Part shown: positions 51,901-64,000 of the stretch, piece by piece
Numbering within the stretch: position 1 is the stretch's first letter
Layout of the letters: each line of letters starts with the position of its first letter
Assembly (NCBI GenBank): GCA_046563655.1
Contig: CM102286.1
Location: 5,022,001 to 5,086,000, forward strand
Length of the DNA stretch: 64,000 nt
Direction of reading: 5' to 3'
From: Yuukianura sp. NJ FZ-2021
Lineage: Eukaryota
Program-made: the position numbers and the translations under genes
Notes under the pieces: generated by a model
What the model was told of the DNA's origin: nothing
Database searches by the model: none
Seen by the model: the letters and a program-made list of their open reading frames with translations, nothing else

Positions 51901-54900
51901 TGTTCATTGCAAACTTATGAATGGAAGAACAGAATTGGACGAGCGTTGTCATGCTGCTTAGGTTGAAGCGGAGGTTCTGTAAATGGAAGTCAAAGAGCTC
52001 CGTACCTTTCAATTTGAGTCAAGCGTTCGACAGGCAACATTGGCCCTGCATGTTTCCATAATATTTTAGCGGATGACGCTGATTTGAGTCGTTGAAACGC
52101 TGCTCATCATAAATAACTCAACGTGATAGAAATCCAAACTCATCATCTTTCCTTCATCTCCAATCTGACACTTGAACTCCACCGAATGGAATTGTAGCAC
52201 AACATTTGCGTTTATGTTCAAGATTTCAATCAGAATTCGCAGCGGTAAATATTTTATAGAAGCAAATATTGAATATACAAATTTTTAGTCCACCACGAAT
52301 TTACTCCACTTAAATTTTTTTGAAAAACGTTATTTAAACAAAATTTTTAGCAACAAATAGTTACTTTAGGATTCGAGCTTGATACAAACTTTAGCTATTA
52401 TTTTTTTCATGGTAGATTTATTGGAACTTAGTTTTTGAATCTTTCACAATTAGCATTGTAATTTGAAGAGAAAATTTATTTCGACCGAACAGATTTATTG
52501 CACACAAGAATTTGGCATGGAATTGATTTGAACGAATATGGAATGGAAAACTGAAATTGAATGTCAAGATGTTGCTCCCTGGGAAGCCGCTTTCTCACGA
52601 TCTGAGAACTTTTCTTTAGTCTACGCTTAAATGGAAGTGTCTTATAAGCTGTTGATTGCATTCGGAGTAATTAAGGGCTCTTGCTTTAGGTACCTTATGC
52701 TACTACTGCTGTCGGATCCTCTGAATTTGAGACAATCACTTCCACTTCCTAATGTGTACATTTCTATCAGCATGATGTCTTTGTCTTCATTATTTATGCA
52801 GATGAAACGAACATAATTCAGTCACTAGTATCTCCGCACCTTCCATAATCGCAGATTAATCCCATATGTTGTGCCGCAGTTAAAGTGCCGCTCCAAGAAA
52901 ACATAAAAAATCATAGCATTTTTTCAATGTTTGTGCAATTTTTAAGCCAAAGATCAATTTTTCGAACGATAAAAGCCTCATGCTCAAAATGCCCTTTGTG
53001 TTTTGCAAAAAAAAAAAAAATAATAATGAATAAAATTAAAAAAAGAGTTTTTTCTTCAGGGGTCATCAGAGTTGGGGTTCAAAATTTATGGAAATTCGGC
53101 AAATTTTGACTTGAGTGAGAAACAATTTTAAATGAAATTGGACGTAATTAAAATTCGGAAAATATAGATTATTACAAGTATACTTTTTGTGCAAATTTTT
53201 AATGGGTTTTTGAAACACCCAAAATTACTAAAGTGTTTGAGAGCTGAAGCATGATAGAAATTGACAATGAGCTCGACTGCATAATGGAAAGGGAAAGTAA
53301 AAAGGGAGTTGACTTGTGTGGAGCAACCTACGCACAAATCCGCCCACGACACGAGTCTTTTCGTAAGCATCTTTCCCAATATTCAGGTGTGTGCATAATT
53401 CCCTATGGTATGGAAGGCAAAACTAACTTAACATTAATTTCCAACTGAACAATACAGACACTCGAAGCATCACTGCTCAAACTGCAACAAAACACAATCA
53501 ACCAACGCCCACGCACACTCAAAAACTGGTCCACACACGCCATGAGACGCCATCGATTACTTTTTTCTACAAAAAAAGCTCAGAAAAACAACAAAATTCC
53601 CAACAAAAAAATACAAAACATTTTCAAATACAAAATCCACTTCTACTTTTTATAATATATTATTTTTCTTCACAAGAAAACGAAAATTTTTATTTTCTGG
53701 TTGAGTAAACACGTTACGCTTGCGCAAATTGAGAAGATAGGCCAAGCCTTATAAGGGCCCCTCAAAGGTCATCTACAGTAATTACAAAGACGCCAATCAA
53801 TCAATCTAGAACGAAAAAAGGCACAAGGTCAGAGGTAACCGTGTCAAACCATTTGACGAGTTGCTTGACTCTTTCCAAATCTAATTCAACAGAACTGAAA
53901 TTAAATTTGTGTTTGAACATGTTCTGAACAATAAACACTCCGTGTGCCTTGTTATAATTTGTTTGCACTCATTGCGTCCCTTGAGGCTCTAATGGGATCT
54001 CTGACAGCATCAAATACAATTTCCGTCCTGCCGACCATCCTATTTCATCGTCAAAGCTCCTGTCAAGACCGACACCTTCTTAATAGGTTATCCAACAACC
54101 AAAACGCATCCAGCAATGCTTTTCGTGAGGACTTATGAGGTTGAAGATTGTCTGAGCAGCGGTCGACAGAGTCCAAGCCTAATTCACTGCATGAAAAGGT
54201 ACTTATTCGGCCGAAATAACGAGATGAATTAAGAAGAACTACAAACCTAGTACAAAAGGACAAAACGTATGCTTATCCAAAAGTCAACAAACTCTTGAAA
54301 ACATTCAGAAATATAAGCAAAAAATTACGAAATTCTTTCAAATATTTTTTACAGGAAAATATCATTCTATTTTAGCGCTCGTGCAAAATTTTGATTTAAG
54401 TTGTTGCAAGAAAAGGTGAATTTTTGTCATTAAAACTCGAATAGTTACAGCATATGAATTTATGTTTTGAAACTGAGCGTTTGGCAAATTTTTTAAATTG
54501 TTTGTAGAGGGAGCATTTAAGAAGGAAAGCAGCGTTGGAATTTGGGAATTGGAGTCATGGGTTTGTTAGTAAACGAACTCAGGTGGGGGTGACTGTTAAC
54601 AAAGGAGAGTCATTAAGGTGGGCACTTAGGCACTATGCACAGTACAATAGGGGCCTTCAGAACGTGGGATCCAAAGGGACGTTAACGACGCGAGACATCA
54701 GGGTGTCACCGTCAGTATGTCACAGAATGGGCGTCAACGGAAAAATAAGAATTTCAGTTTGAGTCCATGACAATCCCTATTCCGTCCACCCTTATCAAAC
54801 CTAACTTACTTGGCCACTTAAAACCCAGAAGAGTCTCCCTTTTAAGTGCATGGCATTCCCAAATTCCAGATCAAAACAAAAGATCCATTCAAACATCCTG

Positions 54901-57900
54901 TCGCATCTTAAACAATTTCGCCACCAACGAGCAACTACAGCGCCTAAAAATTCTGATGTTCCGAAAGATCGAAAAATTCCCAGTAGGTCGATTTTCTGAC
55001 TTAAAAAATCAGATCTTAAAAAATTTCGATCATTTTTTGTATTTCGTTTAATTTTTTTTCAAAGCAGTCACAAAATCTTGTTAATCAAGTTCTTGAGATT
55101 CGAAAAAGAAAGTTCCCAAGAAACAGGTAGGTAAGTAATTAATTTGCACCGTTGAATGCTGAGATGGATGGTCGTTAGGAAGTGGAGAGGAATAGCAATT
55201 TGGTTGTGAATGATGATGACGGGAGTTGGTTAGTTTTTGGGCAAGAGGGAACTTAATTGCCAATATTTATTTGCTTGATAACTGTGTTTGTATTTGAAAG
55301 TGTATAGTTTCGGCCCTCTTGTTACCCAAAGATTGATTGACGTTGATCTGCAAGGAATGAAAACGCATAGGTCCTTAGCATTTGTGTTTCCTTTTTACCG
55401 ACTACCTTGTAGTCCTTTTTGCATGGCGTCTTCGCTTCTGTTCCTCTACACCCTAAGGAATGCCAACGCATCAATAAGGCTCTGATTAGTTTCGGCTTTT
55501 CACTGCTGTTCCAACTGACGTATTCCGTAAGTCTTCGAAGACTTAAGTGACAGGCGTAGCTCTGAGCAAAAACCTTTGTTTTGCAGCGTTTTCCGCTTCT
55601 CATCTGCCTATTATTACTCGGCGCTTGTGGACAACAGAGAATTGGCCTATCAATATTCCTCAGAACAATGCGTCAAGCGGAACTTCAATTTTTTTGTGTC
55701 CTCAACGTTAATCTAAACAAAATAATTTTTTGAAACAAAGCAAAAAGTCAAAAAAATTCGTTTTTGAAAAGTTATCGAAGAGAGTGAAAGTACCAGGGAA
55801 AGTAACTCTTGCTTAATTTTGCGTGATTTTTTTTTAGTTTTTTTTTCAAGTTTTGCAATACAAAATTGTGTTCAAATTCCAGCTGAAATTCATTTTCAAG
55901 ATTTTTTTTCTTAATCAATTGATATTGCTGTTTGATTTCCTCTGGGATCTTCGTGGGATTCCAATTTAATCGAAGAAGGCAGGCAATCATGTTTTGTATA
56001 TTAATTTCCTCAATATTGTTAACGATGAGAGAAAATTTCTTTAAACCTGACTGGATTTGAACTTAAGGTACTTTGGAGTAAAAAAAAAACAGGTAGCTAT
56101 TCGAGAACTTTCAATTTGGAATCCATCAGCCTTTAAAACTCATTGCCCATCCAGGGTCTCTCATATTTCAAAAATCCCTTTGCGTGACTTGGAATCACTT
56201 GAACTAATGATGTTCCAAGTCCTGTTTTTCTGCTATTCCAAAAGTTGTTGTACAAGAGAAATACAATTGGTGATTAGGCTCAATAAGATCACAATTAATA
56301 CTTCTTCAATTGTACATTTACTCTGAGGCAAGATGACACTAAAGACCGGACTTGAGCTTCTGCGTTTGACTTTCGCTTTTGTTTGAACACGCACAGGCAT
56401 AAACAGGAATTCCTTTCCTCTACAAGCCTGTAAAACATAAAGCATAACAAAACAAAACAAATTGAAATACAACTAATCTTACAAAGTACGCTTTCAAAAT
56501 ATCTACTTCAAGAAATGAACAAAATTTTATGAACTGCTCAGTTTTTTTTTTTGACATGTATTGTCATAAATTCAGGTTTTAAAATAAGCATTTATAGTTT
56601 CGGAAAAGCTTGAAAGTGTACAGAAAATTTTTGTATTGACTCAAAAATTTTTTTGTTTGCTTCTTTGAATGCGTCCGAATTTGGCAAAAATACAAATATG
56701 GTCACGTCAACGTCAATGTCGCCCAGTTGCTACTTCAAAACCAAATTACGACAGTTCTCCAGGTTCTCAGTGCCACTGGAAAAATTCCATGCTTTGTTGG
56801 GCCATCATTGTCAACCACTTTGTCATTTTCCAGCTCACGCGTTAATGCCTACTAAGAGATTGCAATCTTCCATGACGCCATTTTCCAGAAACCCTATTAA
56901 TTTCATTCCCGCACCTACACTTGTTTGTTATTCAATCTCCACTATAACTTACATACTAAAAAACGTCGTATGTCATTTGAGTTCTAAAAGTAACCAGGGT
57001 TGAAGGAAGTAACTTCTGAAGTCAAGTGTGGGACAACAGGACATACCTCCCTTGACGCGTCTCCACTTTTTCATCTGTCCGCGTCCTCGTAAAGATTCTT
57101 TTCAAATTCAAAACAAAAATTGTCTCTGGCCAAATTCAATCTCTGAATATTTATTTAGCACCGCATCAACCTTAAGGTGTCCAGAGACTTCAGAGTCATT
57201 TATTCCTGACAGAAAGTTTCCATAGGGTTACGTTGTGTTCTTAACATATTGAATGTACCACATTCTAAAAACGGCGTCACATTTAAGTTGTAGGTGTGAG
57301 ATTGAAGATGGATTAGTATGCACAATGGTGTGTTGGAACGTCTTAAAGTTTTGCACAAATAGGATTCAATTCAATCCTAATTGAAATATTGGCTTAACCT
57401 TTTAATCCAAGAAATTCAAAGGGAGTGACAGAGATCATCTGCAGAGGAAGTAACTATTGACACATCGTAAGACATACCTTAATAAAATGTGAAACTCTGC
57501 TGGTAACCTCTGCGCAGCTGCTAGCCTTTTGACTATCTCGTTAACAAGTCACTTTACGTCATTGTCATAATTGACATTAAAGTCTTTTGGTAGAGAGTGT
57601 TCAAAAAGTTAGCCTTGTGGCTCCGTGTGAACTCCAATGATTCATTGACGTTCCGTACCTCCTCGGGAGTTTGAAGCCGTGGCAAGGGAAATTCGATTGG
57701 TCACGCTCCATTGCTCAAAAATCACGAATCTTAACACCACTGGTGAACTATACTATATGATGGACTTTCTTTGTGTGTGGTTTCGCATAGTTTTCTTAAA
57801 TTAGCATTTCCACCCCTCCTGACCACCAATAACTTACAGCTGCCTCGACCTCGGTAGTTGGCAGTCCAAAGGTCACGGAGCCCAGCTACGTCGAGGTCAC

Positions 57901-60900
57901 GCATGCGCACAAAGGGCGCTTGACGCTAAACGTTCAAAAATACACATAGACGAAAGTAGTACATGCATTACCCACTTTTATAAAAAAAATCGAGGTTTTT
58001 GAAAAAAAAAGAAAGTTGACTTTCCCTAAAGTTGAAATAATAATTTCTGAGAAATGACTTTGTTAACCTCCGAAATAAATTTTTGAGCACGGCTTCCACG
58101 ACGTGCCGATTTTAGAATGCCTGAGGATTATACCATGTCACGGTTGCTACGCAATTTGAAAAGTAGGTCAAAAATTTGAATTTGATGGGAAAAACGATGT
58201 GGATTGTTTAATGACTTATTCCATAGTATGAAGTCATTCAAGCGGATTGGTTCAAATCTTGTTGAAAACAGACGCCTTTCAGTTCAGAAACCAGTGGAAG
58301 CTGTGTGAAAAGCTTGAAATAGTGACCAAAGCTTTTGCTTCAGCAACTGAATAAATTGCGGGCTTTTCAAACCAAATAGGAATGTAAAAAGTATGAAATA
58401 TGAGGGAAAATTTTCAAGAAAGATGAATAACTTTCCACTGGCTCACCTTTGTTCAGATCCAAATGTGGTTCAGAGTCTAACATATATTTAAAGGGATCAT
58501 GCAGCGTATCTTACAAACCCACTCCTCACGGTCATTTTATAATTCAGAATGGACCACCATGTTCAATCTTTGGCACGTAACCCAGAAACACTTTCACAAA
58601 AACACTTTCTCTGGGTTCTGTAAGCTCAAGTGCCCTCGAATGTAAAATTTTTCACATAAACCGTTCAATTTTTGACAGATTTACAAAATTGATTTAAAAA
58701 AAAACTATTCCAATCTCCAATGTTTAAAAAAAAGTTCAAAGTTCGAACCGACAAGTTTCTCAAGTTGGATTTCCGAATAATAAGTCAATTGAAAATAAGT
58801 TTTAACAAATTTTTAAAATTTAAAAAAAAAGAATTTTTTTTTCTAAACTTGGAATCTTGAATTTTAATTTAGTCCTGAAGAGACAAGACATCAAATAATT
58901 TCGGGGCGTGGTGTATGCTAGAATAAGGCACGCGAGAGACTTTATGCTTCTTATAACTTTCGAAAACTTCCACCTTTGGGGCAGGAGCTGAAGTTTTTGT
59001 AATTTTCAAAATTCTCAAATTATAACCCAAGGATCACATTTCGAATTTTTTCTCTTTTAAAGAACGTTTTTGAAGTAAGGCTGCTGCTGTCACACAGAAG
59101 ACAGGAACTGTTGTTATGTTAGTGACTTGGCAGGCGCATAGAATTATGTTTCCATTGTGTTTTTGGAATTTGAAGAAGCTTCAAGTGGATTCGATAGAAA
59201 AATATTACAAGGATGTGGATGGCCCTAACCCTAAGTCATTTCTGACAAATGTACTTGATTACTTGCATTAATTACCCAAACGTCTACATTTCATCGGTGA
59301 AGCTCATTTACCATTCCTTTCATCTCACTAACCAGTTTTTAGCTTAACCATAACTTTAGGTTAACCTAACATTATGATCTAGGAGCCCTTGGATGCAGAA
59401 GCGATGACGCTTCAAGGGTTGTTTTTCATCCCGAAAGTGTAGCATATCACTCTTCATCTTTCAAAAGATCCTTATCTGCAGGAATTCTTGTTGAAGATGC
59501 GCAACTCAATTGAGCAGATGTAAAACTCGTAATGAAAATTTTTTAAGAATTTTTTTTAAATGAAGATTGGAATGTTTTAACAATACAACTCAAAATCAAT
59601 TCAAAGTCGGCATCAGATAAAGAAAAACAAACATTTTAACATTTAGCAAAATTTTACCGCCAAAAATGCCTGTACCTTGAACATTTTATTGCAGTTTTTG
59701 AGTATGACTTTCGCATTTACAATAGAAACGGCGCGGTCCGTACGGTTTTTCACACAGTGTTGAAAATATTGATGCCATTTATAGGCGTCGACACGTGGGT
59801 GAAAACTTAAACTTGGAGCGAACCATATTGGTTCTATTTGTGGCTTTGAACTTTCTGGATATGGGACCGCTCATAAAATACGGTTTGTTTACATACCATT
59901 TTTGGATACGTCAGTACCTGAAAAATATGTTACGGTAGGTCACGCGGACAAAGGTACCTATCTCTATTCTTCCAGAGTTTTACAACGGTTTGTTACCACT
60001 TTTCATAAAAAATCAAATATTACCCAATATTAACAAAAACAAAAAATTTCTTTAAAAAAAATTAATTACAATCTTTGTATTATGTACAAAGACGCCCAAT
60101 ACCGTTGCCCAGCAAAACTGTGCATATGACAGAGTGATGAGGCGTTTTTTAATTTCTCGTTTTGTAATTTGACAACACCGTCACTTATTTTTTTCTTTCC
60201 CGATTTTCTGACATAAATGGTGTTAGTGCCCACATCACGTTTCAAAAAAAGGCGCTGAAATGGTTTCGAATTCTGCCGCCGCATTTAGTCTACCTCGTTA
60301 AAGTTGAAAAGTGTCATTGAAGGTGTTATTACTGTTTGTTTTAGCCCAAAAAGAAAACGTAAGTATAGTTGCGCGTGTTAAAGTGTATCGGCACGTGCTC
60401 CACTCTTTCTACGAAGATTATGGGTTTTCTAATCCTCCCCCTGTAGAAAGTTGTTTTTAAAAAAAAGAGTGTTTGGGGCTCATTTTGACTGACGGCTACT
60501 TCCTTATTCAGAAAGTGGAAGATTTGAAAAGCGAGCGTGGCCACCAGAGCCATACTTTTCCTTTCAGTTGACTCTGGTAGTAAAATATGGATCCATATAA
60601 GGGAAGGAAGCAATCGAAAAGAGAAGACTAATCCTTCATAGGTTGATGGACGATACATCTTTTGCTCAGTTGTATTGTCAACAAGTCCATCTTCTTATTG
60701 TCAATTCGGTCGTCTCGCAGAACGTGAATTATTTGCAAGACACTTTCTCAACTGTCATTTCTGGTCATTACAATGATAGAAATTTGAGTTTCTAAAAGAA
60801 AAATTAATTCGCAAAATAGATTTTCTAGTTCTCATAAGTATCGCAATAAAAAGTTGTTTGTAGTTTATGCGTCTTTGACGAGGAGTGTGAGAAAAATCTT

Positions 60901-63900
60901 CGAAATTTGAAATTTTTGTTTTGTCTTTAATAATTTTTTTTTGTAAAAAAAAAAAGAATAGGATTCCAGAGATGGGTGGGCACAGTTGATTTCTTTGATA
61001 AAAGTTCGGGGAGCCCTTGAGTGAGGCCCTTAACAACCTCCAAAGAAGCACTTGAATGGGCGTAAACTTCTTTCAGAAATTGTATCTTCGACTCTGCAAT
61101 TCCATTCACCTGTGTAATAACTTCAATCCAGCATCGCGTGCTTCGCTCGTTCTCACCAAATTCTTGAGAAAATTCTTTTATTAAGAAAGGAACTTGAATT
61201 GCTACAAACAATAGAAATAATCGTTTTAAAAATAATTAATCCTTTACTTTTATTAATTAATTAACTTATGACGTATGAATGGTTGCGGAAAAGGGAAAAT
61301 GAATTTCCCTGATTCAGTTGCACTGCAATTTGAGAAAGCAAAAATTCATTGTCAAGGTCAAAGATAATAGTAGTGAACAAGAATTTTCATACTACTGTCT
61401 TGAAGTTTCGAAATTAAATTGAAATTAATTTGGTTGTTACGAAATACATTGTTACGAAATGTTGGGGCTAGACGCAAGTTACCAACGGTTATAAAAGAAA
61501 ACTAAATGATGTGAGAATTTTTAAAGGAAAATTCGCAGAGCAATACCAGACCTCTCGCTATACTTTAAATTATGGGCAAAACTTGACTATTCCCCACATT
61601 CAATTTGGTTTCCGGTCCTGCAACAGGGAAAACGTCCAGTGGAAGCAGAAACAACTGAATAGCCAGTTGCACATTCCGCACTAAAAGAAGTTTAAATCCG
61701 ACGTTGGTAAGGTTTTGAAAAACTAAATTCGTTGATATTTTCGACAGAAAGAATTTGCTAAATATACTTTTAGAAGACTTTACTTTCCTAAACCTTCCTA
61801 AACCAGTTCTAGATATGCCAAAAATATTTAGTTCTCATACTTTAATGTTAACAAAATCAATATTTCTGTTTTTTTTTGTTGCTAAAGATTTATTTATTTA
61901 CCCATGCCCTTAATGCTAGTTTCGTAAATATTTCGAGCTTTTTCTGTAAATATTGTATTTATTTAAATGTTTCGCTTTCTTTCGTAAATATTTTTGGCAA
62001 TTCTAGCGGTCACGGGTTGCTACCATTAGCACTATTCTTAAAAAAATCCACACTTCTATTCTCACCGTAATCTTGCAACATCTATTGCATAAGCAACCTT
62101 AATTAACCTTCAACTTTTAATTGCAATTAGTACACGCGAATGTTTTCTCACGTGAAAATTCAAGCAAATCACTCCACAAAACTTGGTTTTGGAAACCCCG
62201 TTGGAAATCGCTGGACAAATCTTACGATCACCCACTGCCCTTCCTTAATGGAGATGTCAGTGTCAATTACTGATCATTACACCAGGTCTTACTATCTACC
62301 ATAAATTTTCAAATTGACGCACCTTTCTCACCCTCCGCTTTCTTCAGAGTGCCCGACTGAATTGAAATTCAAACGCTTCTAAAAATAGTTATTAGCTCGC
62401 AATTTCCTATTAGTAATGACACGGGACGTACATAGCGCCTTGTGATTAGATCTTCTTTGAAATCCCAGGTCCTCCATAATTTTCACACCATTCCAGAAGG
62501 TGTTTATGACCATTAGCCCCCTCTATACTTATTTACAATACTAATTGGTAACTGTCGACAGTTGCTCTCATAAACTTATTCATTCTCCAAAACATCTTCG
62601 GGAAATCCAGTCCAATTATAAATCCAGGCGCATTTTCCGCTTTTGCTGCCGACCTCAACTTTAAAAAGGAAAGTTTTCTAAAAAGTTTGTTGAAACTCTG
62701 GTGTTTAAGAACTCTGACGGTGTTTCAGTGGAGGTAATATATTAATTGGAATTTATAGACCTAGGTGTCATAATTCAGCTACTTGTGGGCCTGTCGAAGA
62801 ACGTGTAAGAGCGATTATTCTAATCGTAATAAATATTTGGGGATGATTTACGACTCGTATAAAAATACCTGCAGCAGTAGACACTTAGATTAGAGATAGA
62901 GCTGTCCCTTAAGTCATATTCCAAGCTTATTGTTTGAGCAAGTAGCTTTACATCTGAAGGTGGTTCAAGGAACTTAAGAGGTGTCAAAATCCTTTATTAA
63001 TTGGCCCTGGGATTATCAAAACACTTTAAGCCAGACCGCCAGGCACTTTCTCCGAGCCAGAAGCATATTTTGGTACGAAAGACGCCGAGTCGAACATTTT
63101 TAACTTTGTAAATTTTTTACATACATATATGTTTGTGCTTTTGAAAACCGCACAGACGCTTACAATTTTGTTCTAGAAACTTTCAAAGCGTCAGTGGAGA
63201 AGTTCAAAAAGAAATTTTTGCAAAGAGGACTTTCTTTTTCAGAATTGCAAAATTCAATGTGCGTAAAACGCCACCAACACAAAAGATTCACAGTAGGAGG
63301 CTGGAAACTTTCATTTTTAACTAGAATTAGATTTTATGAAAGCTGAAATTGAAAGTGGCTTTTGCTTTTGTTGAAAATCTTGGAAATTTGGAGTCACAAA
63401 ATATGAAAGCTGAAAGAAACAATAGCTTTAATTCCCAAGGGCTGCAGTGTCTTTTACAATCCAATTTTATCAAAACGTGGAATCTAAAATTCCTTTAGCG
63501 AAGGCAGTAGCTCTCGGATGCTATCAATTTCATTTTTGGTTTAGGAAAAGCATCTGAGTAGATCTAAATCTCGTAAATAATAACCAAGTAGCTACTACCT
63601 CCGTCTGTGCCCTTGTTTTGATTCAGTCGTTCCCTAGGATATGCTTCAGAGTTTATTGGAAGCGACATCTGAATGGGCCAAATTAGCCTGAGAAATGGAT
63701 ATTCTCTTTTCAAATGAACGTCGTGAACAAAGGGAAGATGGGCACGGAAGATTGGTTTCCATTTCAAATATGTCAATTCCTCTACAGGAATTAATACTCC
63801 TGTACGCCTACGATTTCAAACCAAATCTCCCGCCCTGATTCCTTCTCTGCTCCGTCAGTTCGTGTCTTTTGGTTTGGACTTTATTAAGTAGAGGGAACCT

Positions 63901-64000
63901 TATATGGGTTCAGCACGTCATCAATCCCCCTTTGTAAATTGCTACTGGGCTTACACAATGAAAGACAGGCGGGAGAGAGGCCATAAGCAAAGTCAGAATG

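Noticed and set aside
51540..52230. Compositionally coding-like stretch in the gene-free tract
   Set aside because: The ORF track shows only short frames here and I could recognise no domain or consistent splice chain. A BLASTX would be needed to exclude a decayed gene.
1..64000. tRNA, rRNA or autonomous transposon genes
   Set aside because: No cloverleaf, rRNA-like segment, or transposase/reverse-transcriptase/helicase ORF was recognised by eye.

Overview
Eukaryotic, AT-rich, gene-dense animal DNA with short (~60-130 nt) GT-AG introns. The gene set and arthropod-type core promoter motifs point to an arthropod, plausibly a soil hexapod such as a springtail (inference). Positions 1-45.2 kb contain conserved animal genes: EHBP1 (-, runs off the left edge), NAA80, an Amun-like HhH glycosylase-fold gene, NAA35/MAK10, a FASTK/RAP-domain gene, a C2H2-like zinc-finger gene, PDCD2, GNMT and an intronless delilah/taxi-type bHLH gene. 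About 19 kb with no recognisable gene follows. Two genes look foreign but domesticated. (1) A secreted, intronless DUF4185/GH183-type (endo-D-arabinanase family) gene is nested antisense in GNMT intron 4 with its own TATA box and poly(A) signal. (2) A cytochrome P450 lacks typical arthropod clan features and, from my recollection, resembles the giant-virus (Mimivirus L808/CYP5253-type) 'CYP51-like' P450s; its ATG is split by an intron. Also present: a DINE-1/HINE-like non-autonomous Helentron-type element with a 59-bp tandem array, several small MITE-like elements, a candidate second cistron behind PDCD2, and a 1-nt homopolymer frameshift in EHBP1. All family assignments come from reading motifs by eye, not from database searches.
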